From: Escherichia coli
Lineage (GTDB): Bacteria > Pseudomonadota > Gammaproteobacteria > Enterobacterales > Enterobacteriaceae
Reading direction: 5' to 3' (one strand)
DNA length: 64,000 bases
Assembly: GCF_003018255.1 (NCBI RefSeq)
Contig: NZ_CP027440.1
This document shows positions 37,732-46,625 of this stretch, piece after piece (the stretch's first letter is position 1; every line of letters starts with the position of its first letter). Made by a program: the position numbers and the translations under genes. The notes beneath the pieces are model-generated. The model made no database searches. It saw only the letters and a program-made list of their open reading frames with translations, and was not told the origin of the DNA.

Positions 37732-40236
37732 TTATTCCTTCGGTTTAAACCGCAGCAACCGGTTGGCGTTACTCACTACGGTAATCGACGAGAGCGCCAT
37801 TGCCGCTCCGGCGACCACCGGGTTAAGCAGCGTACCGGTGAACGGCCACAAAATACCGGCGGCGACCGGAATACCAATGCTGTTGTAGATAAACGCACCG
37901 AGCAGGTTCTGCTTCATGTTGCGCAGCGTTGCGCGGGAAATTGCGAGCGCATCCGCAACACCCATCAGGCTATGGCGCATCAGGGTAATCGCCGCGGTTT
38001 CAATGGCAACATCACTGCCGCCACCCATCGCAATACCGACATCCGCCTGAGCCAGCGCTGGCGCATCGTTAATGCCGTCGCCCACCATTGCTACCTGACG
38101 TCCTTCACTTTGCAGACGTTTGATCGCTTCGGCTTTACCGTCTGGCAGCACGCCGGCTATCACCTCATCAATCCCTGCTTCTTTAGCGATCGCATTGGCG
38201 GTGGTCGGGTTATCCCCGGTTAGCATCACCAGGCGATATCCCGCTTTATGCAGGCGTTGCAGCGCCGCCACGCTATCACTACGCAACGGATCGCGTACAG
38301 CCAGCAGGGCTACCGCTTTCCCGTCAACCGCCAGCAGCACAGGCGTTGCCCCTTGCGATGCCTGAGCTGAAATATCTGCTTCAATTGCTTTGGTATCGAC
38401 CTGTTGGTCATTTAACAGCGCCTGATTACCCAGCAATACCGCATGACCTTCAGCTTCACCGCTCACACCCAGCCCGCGCAATGTGCGGAAACCGTTGACC
38501 TGCGGCAGCTGCATATCACCTGCTTTATCGAGGATCGCCCGTGCCAGCGGGTGGCTGGAACCTTGCTCCAGCGCCGCCGCCAGACGCAGCGCCTGCGCTT
38601 CATCAACATCAGCAAATGTTTTTACTGCGACAACCTGCGGCTTCCCTTCGGTCAGCGTCCCGGTTTTATCGAACACCACGGTGTCGAGCGTACTGGCGCG
38701 TTGCAGCGCGTCGGCGTCCCGCACCAGCACGCCAAACTCAGCCGCCCGCCCGACGCCCGAAATAATCGACATCGGCGTCGCCAGTCCCAGCGCACACGGA
38801 CAGGCGATAATCAGCACCGTGGTGGCAATCACCAGGGTATAAACAATTTGCGGTGCCGGGCCAAAGAAATACCAGATTGCCGCACTGACCAGCGCAATGA
38901 CTACCACCACCGGCACAAACACAGCGGAGATTTTATCCGCCAGTTGACCGATTTCTGGCTTGCTGCTCTGGGCCTGTCGCACCATGCGAATGATCCGTGA
39001 CAGCGTAGTATGGCTGCCGACCGCACTGGCGCGAAACAGCACACTGCCGTCCTGTACCACTGTCCCGGCATGGACGCTATCGCCTTCGCCTTTTTGCTGC
39101 GGGATTGGTTCGCCCGTCAGCATCGCTTCATCCAGCCACGCTTCGCCCTGGGTAATTTCACCATCTACCGGCACCCGATCACCCGTCGTCAGGCGCAGCA
39201 ACATACCTGGCTGAACATCTGCCAGCGGCACGTTTTTTTCACCTTCGTTGGTGACCAGGCGCGCCGTCGGTGGGGTTAAATCGAGTAATTTCTCCAGCGC
39301 CTTAGAAGAACGCTGACGTGCGCGCGCTTCCAGCATATGACCGAGATTAATCAGACCGATAATCATCGCACTGGCTTCATAGTAAAGATGTCGCGCTTCC
39401 ATCGGGAACCACTGCGGCCACAGGTTGACGCTCATTGAATAGAGCCACGCCACGCCCGTACCCAGCGCCACCAGCGTATCCATCGTCGCTGCACCGTTCA
39501 GCAGGCTTTTCCATGCGCTGCGGTAAAAATGGCCGCCGGCGAAAACCATTACCGCCAGGGTTATCAGGCCGATAACCAACCACAGGCTGCGGTTGTCGGC
39601 GGTGACCATCATGTTATCGCCGATCATCCCCCAGACCATCACCGGGATACCCACCGCCAGTGCGACAATCGCCTGCCAGCGGAAGCGCTTCATCGTAGCG
39701 ACGGCGGTTTCTTGCTGGCGCTCGCGGCGTTTAGCGTCATCTTCAATCGCTTCCGCGCCGTAGCCCGCTTTTTCCACCGCCTGCACTAAATCTTGTGGGG
39801 AGGCACTGCCCATCACCAGCGCAGTACGCTCCGCCAGGTTTACCCGTGCCTGAGTGACGCCCGGTACGCTTTGCAACGCATTTTGTACGCGGGTGACACA
39901 GCTGGCGCAGCTCATGCCGCTCAGCAGCAACTGCTGGCTGTCATCGTCATCGGCGGTCGCTGCCGGAAGCGCCTCAGAAACCGCTGTCAGTGCTTCCGAC
40001 GGGATTGATGACTCCGCCAGCGGTTTAGCCTTTGGGTGGCTTACAGATGCGTCATAACCCGCTTGTTTGATGGTTTCGATCAGCTGTTCTGCACTGGCAG
40101 TCCCGGTAACGTGCGCTTCAGTGACAGACACATCCGCCTGCTCAACATCCGGGCGCTGTTCGAGACTTTCTTTCACGCGTTTAACGCAGTGACCGCAGGA
40201 CAGGCCGTCCAGGGTCAGGTCGATAGTTTGTGACAT
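37732..40236 (-). CDS. copA: Cu(I)-exporting P1B-type ATPase CopA
   Basis: 834-aa ORF; two N-terminal CxxC metal-binding domains (GLSCGHC, GMSCASC), CPC motif, DKTGT phosphorylation site. Confidence 0.98.
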   Translation of the reverse strand: MSQTIDLTLDGLSCGHCVKRVKESLEQRPDVEQADVSVTEAHVTGTASAEQLIETIKQAGYDASVSHPKAKPLAESSIPSEALTAVSEALPAATADDDDSQQLLLSGMSCASCVTRVQNALQSVPGVTQARVNLAERTALVMGSASPQDLVQAVEKAGYGAEAIEDDAKRRERQQETAVATMKRFRWQAIVALAVGIPVMVWGMIGDNMMVTADNRSLWLVIGLITLAVMVFAGGHFYRSAWKSLLNGAATMDTLVALGTGVAWLYSMSVNLWPQWFPMEARHLYYEASAMIIGLINLGHMLEARARQRSSKALEKLLDLTPPTARLVTNEGEKNVPLADVQPGMLLRLTTGDRVPVDGEITQGEAWLDEAMLTGEPIPQQKGEGDSVHAGTVVQDGSVLFRASAVGSHTTLSRIIRMVRQAQSSKPEIGQLADKISAVFVPVVVVIALVSAAIWYFFGPAPQIVYTLVIATTVLIIACPCALGLATPMSIISGVGRAAEFGVLVRDADALQRASTLDTVVFDKTGTLTEGKPQVVAVKTFADVDEAQALRLAAALEQGSSHPLARAILDKAGDMQLPQVNGFRTLRGLGVSGEAEGHAVLLGNQALLNDQQVDTKAIEADISAQASQGATPVLLAVDGKAVALLAVRDPLRSDSVAALQRLHKAGYRLVMLTGDNPTTANAIAKEAGIDEVIAGVLPDGKAEAIKRLQSEGRQVAMVGDGINDAPALAQADVGIAMGGGSDVAIETAAITLMRHSLMGVADALAISRATLRNMKQNLLGAFIYNSIGIPVAAGILWPFTGTLLNPVVAGAAMALSSITVVSNANRLLRFKPKE

Positions 40237-40276
40237 AAAACACTCCTTTTAAGACAGTTTTGACTGGCTGTGATAA

Positions 40277-40307
40277 AGGTTAAACCTTCCAGCAAGGGGA
40301 AGGTCAA
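40277..40307 (-). promoter_or_regulatory. copA promoter with CueR (MerR-type) operator
   Basis: On minus strand: -35 TTGACC, 19-bp spacer containing dyad ACCTTCC-N7-GGAAGGT (40284-40304), -10 TAACCT (40277-40282). Confidence 0.85.
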
Positions 40308-40498
40308 GAAATTAATAAACCAGGCGGGTAAAAGTCCGTAAAGATTAAAAAATCGGCTCGATTTGCATCAGGATTAGACATTTATCTCTTTGTTTTCCTG
40401 TAGTTAAGTTGCGGGTGCTAAGTTAAATCAGGATGCCTGAAAATTGGCACCGGGGTGAGGAATTACCTCCCGCATCTATAAAAAGGAGTTAACAAAAG

Positions 40499-41431
40499 AT
40501 GTTAGATGCAAACAAATTACAGCAGGCAGTGGATCAGGCTTACACCCAATTTCACTCACTTAACGGCGGACAAAATGCCGACTACATTCCCTTTCTGGCG
40601 AATGTACCTGGTCAACTGGCAGCAGTGGCTATTGTGACCTGCGATGGCAACATCTATCGCGCGGGTGATAGTGATTACCGCTTTGCGCTAGAATCCATCT
40701 CGAAAGTCTGTACGTTAGCCCTTGCGTTAGAAGATGTCGGCCCGCAGGCGGTACAGGACAAAGTTGGCGCTGACCCGACCGGATTGCCCTTTAACTCAGT
40801 TATCGCCTTAGAGTTGCATGGCGGCAAACCGCTGTCGCCACTGGTAAATGCTGGCGCTATTGCCACCACCAGCCTGATTAACGCTGAAAATGCCGAACAA
40901 CGCTGGCAGCGAATTTTACATATCCAACAACAACTGGCTGGTGAGCAGGTAGCGCTCTCTGATGAAGTCAACCAGTCGGAACAAACAACCAACTTCCATA
41001 ACCGGGCCATTGCCTGGCTGCTGTACTCCGCCGGATATCTCTATTGTGATGCAATGGAAGCCTGTGACGTGTACACCCGTCAGTGCTCCACGCTCATCAA
41101 TACTGTTGAACTGGCAACGCTTGGCGCGACGCTGGCGGCGGGTGGTGTGAATCCGCTGACGCATAAACGCGTTCTTCAGGCCGACAACGTGCCGTACATT
41201 CTGGCTGAAATGATGATGGAAGGGCTGTATGGTCGCTCCGGTGACTGGGCGTATCGCGTTGGTTTACCGGGCAAAAGCGGTGTAGGTGGCGGTATTCTGG
41301 CGGTCGTCCCTGGCGTGATGGGAATTGCCGCGTTCTCACCACCGCTGGACGAAGAAGGCAACAGTGTTCGCGGTCAAAAAATGGTGGCATCGGTCGCTAA
41401 GCAACTCGGCTATAACGTGTTTAAGGGCTGA
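40499..41431 (+). CDS. glsA: Glutaminase 1
   Basis: 310-aa ORF recognised as YbaS/GlsA (serine-dependent beta-lactamase-like fold). Confidence 0.95.
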   Translation: MLDANKLQQAVDQAYTQFHSLNGGQNADYIPFLANVPGQLAAVAIVTCDGNIYRAGDSDYRFALESISKVCTLALALEDVGPQAVQDKVGADPTGLPFNSVIALELHGGKPLSPLVNAGAIATTSLINAENAEQRWQRILHIQQQLAGEQVALSDEVNQSEQTTNFHNRAIAWLLYSAGYLYCDAMEACDVYTRQCSTLINTVELATLGATLAAGGVNPLTHKRVLQADNVPYILAEMMMEGLYGRSGDWAYRVGLPGKSGVGGGILAVVPGVMGIAAFSPPLDEEGNSVRGQKMVASVAKQLGYNVFKG

Positions 41432-41433
41432 TC

Positions 41434-42726
41434 ATGATGAACACGGAAGGTAATAACGATAACAAACCCCTCGGTCTATGGAACGTCGTTTCCATCGGTA
41501 TTGGGGCAATGGTGGGGGCGGGGATCTTCGCGCTGCTGGGGCAGGCTGCGTTGCTAATGGAAGCCTCGACCTGGGTCGCCTTTGCTTTTGGCGGTATTGT
41601 GGCGATGTTTTCCGGTTATGCCTATGCGCGCCTAGGGGCGAGCTATCCCAGCAATGGCGGTATTATCGACTTCTTTCGTCGCGGATTAGGCAACGGCGTC
41701 TTTTCGCTGGCACTCTCGTTATTGTACCTGTTGACGCTGGCGGTGAGCATCGCCATGGTCGCCCGTGCTTTTGGCGCTTATGCCGTGCAGTTTTTGCATG
41801 AAGGCAGTCAGGAGGAGCACCTTATATTGCTCTACGCGTTGGGGATCATTGCGGTGATGACGCTTTTCAACTCCTTAAGCAACCATGCGGTAGGGCGGCT
41901 GGAAGTGATCCTCGTCGGCATTAAAATGATGATCCTGTTATTGCTGATCATTGCCGGTGTCTGGTCGCTGCAACCGGCGCATATTTCCGTCTCTGCGCCC
42001 CCCAGCTCCGGTGCGTTCTTCTCCTGTATCGGGATAACCTTCCTTGCCTATGCGGGCTTTGGCATGATGGCGAACGCGGCGGATAAAGTGAAAGATCCGC
42101 AGGTCATTATGCCACGGGCGTTTCTGGTGGCGATTGGCGTTACCACGTTGCTTTATATCTCGCTGGCGCTGGTTTTGCTTAGCGATGTATCGGCATTAGA
42201 GTTAGAAAAATATGCCGATACCGCCGTAGCGCAGGCTGCTTCTCCGCTGCTCGGGCATGTGGGTTATGTGATCGTCGTCATCGGCGCTTTACTGGCGACG
42301 GCTTCAGCCATAAACGCGAACCTGTTCGCCGTGTTTAACATCATGGACAACATGGGCAGCGAACGCGAACTGCCGAAGCTAATGAATAAATCCCTGTGGC
42401 GGCAGAGTACCTGGGGCAACATCATTGTCGTGGTGCTGATTATGCTGATGACGGCGGCGCTGAATTTAGGCTCACTCGCCAGCGTTGCCAGCGCCACCTT
42501 TTTGATCTGCTATCTGGCGGTGTTTGTGGTGGCGATCCGCCTGCGTCATGATATTCACGCCTCGTTGCCGATTCTTATCGTTGGTACGTTGGTTATGTTG
42601 TTGGTGATCGTTGGCTTTATCTACAGTCTCTGGTCCCAGGGCAGCCGTGCGCTGATATGGATTATTGGCGCACTCTTACTCAGCCTTATTGTGGCAATGG
42701 TCATGAAGCGCAATAAAACTGTATAA
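41434..42726 (+). CDS. ybaT: APC-family amino-acid transporter YbaT
   Basis: 430-aa 12-TM ORF 2 bp after glsA. Confidence 0.92.
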   Translation: MMNTEGNNDNKPLGLWNVVSIGIGAMVGAGIFALLGQAALLMEASTWVAFAFGGIVAMFSGYAYARLGASYPSNGGIIDFFRRGLGNGVFSLALSLLYLLTLAVSIAMVARAFGAYAVQFLHEGSQEEHLILLYALGIIAVMTLFNSLSNHAVGRLEVILVGIKMMILLLLIIAGVWSLQPAHISVSAPPSSGAFFSCIGITFLAYAGFGMMANAADKVKDPQVIMPRAFLVAIGVTTLLYISLALVLLSDVSALELEKYADTAVAQAASPLLGHVGYVIVVIGALLATASAINANLFAVFNIMDNMGSERELPKLMNKSLWRQSTWGNIIVVVLIMLMTAALNLGSLASVASATFLICYLAVFVVAIRLRHDIHASLPILIVGTLVMLLVIVGFIYSLWSQGSRALIWIIGALLLSLIVAMVMKRNKTV

Positions 42727-42850
42727 CATCTCTCTGTGCGCAGTACCTCCTGTATTATTGTGGTGGCGGTCGATATTCGCACTGGCAAAAAAACGTGCTT
42801 GAATATCTGTTGAAACCCTTTAACAAAGCACAGGAGGCGTTGCGCGAACG

Positions 42851-43258
42851 ATGAACATTAGCGATGTAGCAAAAATTACCGGCCTGACCAGCAAAGCCAT
42901 TCGCTTCTATGAAGAGAAGGGGCTGGTGACGCCGCCGATGCGCAGCGAAAACGGTTATCGCACCTACACGCAGCAGCATCTCAACGAACTGACCTTACTG
43001 CGCCAGGCACGCCAGGTGGGCTTTAACCTGGAGGAGAGCGGCGAACTGGTGAATCTGTTTAACGATCCGCAGCGTCACAGCGCCGACGTCAAACGTCGTA
43101 CGCTGGAGAAAGTGGCGGAGATCGAACAGCATATCGAAGAACTGCAATCCATGCGTAACCAGCTGCTGGCGCTGGCGAATGCCTGCCCCGGTGATGACAG
43201 CGCCGACTGCCCGATTATCGAAAATCTCTCCGGCTGCTGTCATCATCGGGCGGGGTGA
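42851..43258 (+). CDS. cueR: MerR-family Cu(I)-responsive regulator CueR
   Basis: 135-aa ORF; [29 protein letters not shown]-terminal metal-binding Cys pair (CPGDDSADC). Confidence 0.97.
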   Translation: MNISDVAKITGLTSKAIRFYEEKGLVTPPMRSENGYRTYTQQHLNELTLLRQARQVGFNLEESGELVNLFNDPQRHSADVKRRTLEKVAEIEQHIEELQSMRNQLLALANACPGDDSADCPIIENLSGCCHHRAG

Positions 43259-44013
43259 TTAAGGCTTGCGAAAATAGTCGTCCATTATTTTCGTCAGCTC
43301 CGGACGTTCCCCGTCATCATTGATGGCAAAATCCAGAAAAAAAGCATCTGCTTGCGGCGTTCGGTTTTGCGCCATCAACCGGAAGGTGAGGGGGCCTGAC
43401 CAGGTTTCGGATGGGCTGATGTGCTTATCAGGGCCGAAACTCTCCCATGCGTTGGGCGGTAATGTTTTGCACGCGGTGAGTTTTGGTATGTGGTATTGCA
43501 GCTCTGTTTTGTGCAGACATTCCCCGCCAGGAAATACCAGGGTTTGTTGCTCATCATTAAAATGGGTTGCCGTGCTGAGCACCAGTGTTTTGAGCGGTCG
43601 CCCTTCCAGCGCGGCGGCAGTAGCCTTATGGTGTCCGTCGAGCAGAACGCAGAGATAGGAATCAGGGAGATACCAGGCCAGAGCGCGGGCGATTCCAGTT
43701 TTCGAGAGCAGACAAAAACCGGGCGGCTCCCTGTTCACCCTCCGCAAAACCGCTGTAGACAAATTCCGCACAGGTAGGGCAACCAGCCTCGGACCAGAAA
43801 CGTATTAACGGGACATCCTTGCCAGCAGAGCGAATGGATAAGACCGTGCGAGTGCGGATCGTAAATCACACATTGACGCAGAAATCCTTTCCCGGACTTC
43901 ACCGAAAAAATGACGCCCGCAGCGGTATTTTTCAGCAGACGTACTTCAGGTTTTCGAAAGGGGAAAAAGCATGGCCACTCCTTAGCCAAAATTTCAGTTC
44001 CCTGAACTGTGCC
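43259..44013 (-). pseudogene. Decayed gene of unknown function (ParB/Srx-like DGHHK motif); longest piece is a 170-aa GTG-initiated ORF 43259-43771
   Basis: Three overlapping minus-strand frames are open in turn (44013-43735, about 43872-43669, 43771-43259), none with a convincing ATG/SD; last frame contains YLCVLLDGHHKATAAALEG. Confidence 0.45.
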
Positions 44014-44060
44014 AGAAAATTACGCTGGTGACTATTGCTCTGGAAATGGAAACAGTGTCC

Positions 44061-44267
44061 TTACCCATTAATCCCCGTTTGTACCGAAAGAATATGTTGC
44101 AAACTTTCTACCATAATGCGCCCCGACTGAAATAAGCCTTCCTGGATTTCATTGTTAACATTCACAGCGTGAACCAGGGAGGCTAATAACACCACTTGCA
44201 AGAAGGCAAAAATAAACGCACCGATAATCATAATATGCGTCAGGGGGATTTTCCTTTGCTCCTTCAT
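44061..44267 (-). CDS. Small single-pass membrane protein, unknown function
   Basis: 68-aa ORF; start ATG overlaps upstream lipoprotein stop (ATGA, 44264-44267); one hydrophobic helix IMIIGAFIFAFLQVVLLASLVHAV. Confidence 0.6.
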   Translation of the reverse strand: MKEQRKIPLTHIMIIGAFIFAFLQVVLLASLVHAVNVNNEIQEGLFQSGRIMVESLQHILSVQTGING

Positions 44268-44686
44268 TTTAAATAACCCACAAACTGGCCTTCTTTCATT
44301 AAGGCGACTTTTCCTGTGTGATGATAAACAATGACATTATACAGACCCGACTGATAAACCGTGGCATCGGCATTATCTTCATCTATGGCACATAATGAAT
44401 CATTGAGATAAGCAAAATTCTTACTACTCATTCTAAAGGTCATGCCAAATCCTTTATAAATGGCTTTTTTTGCCGCCTGGGCATGTTGTGCGGCTTCTGC
44501 ATTTTTAAATGCCTGCGCTTCAGAAGCACTTAAAATAGCCGTCTGGCGCTGCTGTTCTGCGAGATAACAGGTGTCATGGCTGACGCCCTGCGCCTGACAA
44601 TCTGCGATGCGGGAAGCGGGTGAGCTACAGCCAGCCAGTAATATAACCGCCAGCAGGGAAAAGGATTTAATGGAGCTATTCATCAT
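44264..44686 (-). CDS. Lipoprotein, unknown function
   Basis: 140-aa ORF; signal peptide plus lipobox LLAGC|SS; AAGG SD; Ala/Gln-rich helix then beta-rich C-terminus. Confidence 0.75.
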   Translation of the reverse strand: MMNSSIKSFSLLAVILLAGCSSPASRIADCQAQGVSHDTCYLAEQQRQTAILSASEAQAFKNAEAAQHAQAAKKAIYKGFGMTFRMSSKNFAYLNDSLCAIDEDNADATVYQSGLYNVIVYHHTGKVALMKEGQFVGYLK

Positions 44687-44771
44687 TGTTAACCTTAAAT
44701 AATGTGCGAATTAATGAAGAGGTGAAACCCGGCAAGCTTCCTTGCTCTTATTTATATTGAGGATTGAAATA

Positions 44772-45788
44772 TTAGAACGAATATCCTACGCCGACACCTG
44801 CGCCGAAATCAGATTGCGTATCCGCAGAAATACCGGCTTTAAGTACCGTATGCGTTCCGGCATTAAAAGATGTTCCGACAGACACCGCAGATTCACCGTT
44901 GAAGGTTCCCGCTCCCGCTGACACCATCATCACGTCACCGGTTTTAACCTGTGGTTGTGAGGCGATAGCGATGGCAGATGCAGTTCCCGCATTGGCTTCT
45001 TTACGGTTGTCCTCAACTTCGTTTTTCAGCGAACTGTAATGGTTATTGAGCGTGTTAATTTGTTGGCTGTTATCTGCGACCCGTTTTTGCGTGTTGCTTA
45101 ACTGTTGCTGCGTTTGTGCGGAATCTTGTCTCAGACTTTCAATTTGCTCATGTGCCTGGACAGACTTCTGCGCCAGACTTTGCATTTGTTTATCGTATTG
45201 AGCCCTTTCTTTTTGCTGTTGTGCTGCCACATCGGTTGTCAGTGCATTCATTTTCTGCCCTTGTTCCGTGGTAGTGCGCTGATTAGCCTCATTTTGAGCC
45301 GCCAGTCTGGCATTAATCATCTCCTGATAATGCGCAGTATTTTGCGTATCTCCAGTCGCGGCGAGCGTTTTTTGTGTGGCTACGATCTGCGCCTGTTGCT
45401 CTGTAATTTGCGTTTGCTGGGCATCAGTTACCGCAGACTGTCGGGCGTTGATCATGCTCTGATAACGGGCAGGTGTCTGTGTATCACCTGTAGCGGCAAC
45501 GGTTTTTTGTCCTGCGTCAGGATCTGTCTGGACAGTGGGAGTCTGAGTGGTATCAGGTGTTTCAGAAGGGATGTAGTGATGTTCAGTCAAATAGGTATAC
45601 GCAGCGGGGCTGTTGTCTGTGCGTTCTAAAAAGCGGGTAATCTTCTGCTCAATCTCCGATTGCGACATGCCAGAGTTAATGGCTGAAAGCTCTGTTGCCG
45701 CCGCTTCAATGGTATCACCAGCTAAAACAACAGGGCTGGATGTTGCTGAAATTATGAGTGCCAGTAAAGCTACGTTTACAGTTTTCAT
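44772..45788 (-). CDS. Short 'headless' trimeric autotransporter adhesin-like protein (coiled-coil stalk + YadA-type anchor)
   Basis: 338-aa ORF; signal peptide MKTVNVALLALIISATSSPVVLA; Gln-rich heptad stalk; C-terminus ...VMMVSAGAGTFNGESAVSVGTSFNAGTHTVLKAGISADTQSDFGAGVGVGYSF = four beta-strands ending aromatic, typical YadA anchor. Confidence 0.8.
   Translation of the reverse strand: MKTVNVALLALIISATSSPVVLAGDTIEAAATELSAINSGMSQSEIEQKITRFLERTDNSPAAYTYLTEHHYIPSETPDTTQTPTVQTDPDAGQKTVAATGDTQTPARYQSMINARQSAVTDAQQTQITEQQAQIVATQKTLAATGDTQNTAHYQEMINARLAAQNEANQRTTTEQGQKMNALTTDVAAQQQKERAQYDKQMQSLAQKSVQAHEQIESLRQDSAQTQQQLSNTQKRVADNSQQINTLNNHYSSLKNEVEDNRKEANAGTASAIAIASQPQVKTGDVMMVSAGAGTFNGESAVSVGTSFNAGTHTVLKAGISADTQSDFGAGVGVGYSF
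45240..45509 (-). repeat. Diverged 135-bp (45-aa) tandem duplication inside the adhesin stalk
   Basis: QKTVAATGDTQTPARYQSMINARQSA... vs QKTLAATGDTQNTAHYQEMINARLAA...; DNA landmark GTATC at 45346 and 45481 (135 bp apart). Confidence 0.8.
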
Positions 45789-45821
45789 TCATTTTCTCTT
45801 GTTCAAAATAAGTCGCATTAA

Positions 45822-45838
45822 TGTTTCTATAAGAAACA
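45822..45838. promoter_or_regulatory. Inverted repeat TGTTTCT-ATA-AGAAACA (candidate operator)
   Basis: 7-bp arms; lies just downstream of predicted minus-strand promoter (-35 TTGCAA 45868-45873, -10 AATAAT 45845-45850) of the adhesin operon. Confidence 0.45.
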
Positions 45839-45947
45839 AATAATATTATTTTAAGAAATAAACTGCGTTGCAATTTAATCGAAATCTACGCCGCCATTTG
45901 TGTGATGTAAAGCGCATTTTTGTCTGGTGTAAGCGTAAACACCACCA

Positions 45948-45972
45948 ATAAGAAACAAAAAATGTTTCTTAT
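45948..45972. promoter_or_regulatory. Perfect inverted repeat ATAAGAAACA-AAAAA-TGTTTCTTAT (candidate operator)
   Basis: 10-bp perfect arms, same core heptamer as 45822-45838 but with opposite arm order. Confidence 0.5.
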
Positions 45973-46154
45973 ATAAATAAAATCGAAAATCATTTTGTGC
46001 TCTTTCAATGTAAAAAAGAGTAAAGACTTGTTTTGATAAGCGAAATAAATTCTGTTTCTGGACTAAACGTGAAGCGGTTCCTGATGTGTGCTAAAATGCG
46101 TTTCTTTGATAAATCTCAATTTTTAAGAGGTTTACGCCAGGCAGGAAAATTTAA

Positions 46155-46517
46155 ATGAATGAATTTGAGAAGATTTTTAATGAAATGAATCTGGACCGGG
46201 CATTGTTACCGATCCTTTTTCGTTCGAACCGGTCGACAGTGTGGAAGTATTTAAGCGGCGATAGTACGGCTCCTGCCTCTGCCATGTCGCTGATCATGCT
46301 GTTGCAGTTGATCCAGAAACGAAACCCCGATCTGTTAGCCGAATGGTTAACGCTTTCTGATTTCACCATTCCGCCAGAAGTTTACCTGGACCAACCTGAT
46401 TACTGGAAAGGGTGGGTGTATACCCAACACAAGGTCAATAAAAACGTCCTGGAATATCTAAAAAAACACTATCCGGATGAAGACCAAAAAAGTATGGGTA
46501 AAGGCCGGGAAGAGTAA
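46155..46517 (+). CDS. Small HTH protein (MqsA/XRE-like N-terminal domain + unknown C-terminal domain), candidate local regulator
   Basis: 120-aa ORF, AGGAAA SD; RSNRSTVWKYLSGDSTAPASAMSLIMLLQLIQKRNPDLLAEWL parallels the ...RYEKG...P....KLL..LDKHPELL pattern of MqsA-type HTH domains; extended -10 TGCTAAAAT at 46089-46097. Confidence 0.65.
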   Translation: MNEFEKIFNEMNLDRALLPILFRSNRSTVWKYLSGDSTAPASAMSLIMLLQLIQKRNPDLLAEWLTLSDFTIPPEVYLDQPDYWKGWVYTQHKVNKNVLEYLKKHYPDEDQKSMGKGREE

Positions 46518-46539
46518 TTTTGCCTCTACTCGGCTATAT

Positions 46540-46625
46540 GCCGGATGCGGCGCAAGCGCCTTATCTGGCCTACGATTCGGGCATATTTTGTAGGCATGAT
46601 AAGACGCGCCAGCGTCGCATCAGGC
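46540..46625. repeat. BIME: two inverted REP units
   Basis: GCCGGATGCGGCGCAAGCGCCTTATCTGGCCTAC (46540-46573) and GTAGGCATGATAAGACGCGCCAGCGTCGCATCAGGC (46590-46625); second unit overlaps the ybbJ stop. Confidence 0.88.

Noticed and set aside
43320-43658. 112-aa plus-strand ORF inside the decayed gene next to cueR
   Set aside because: Its Cys/Ser/Arg-rich translation does not look protein-like. It is antisense to the better-looking minus-strand frame and has no SD.
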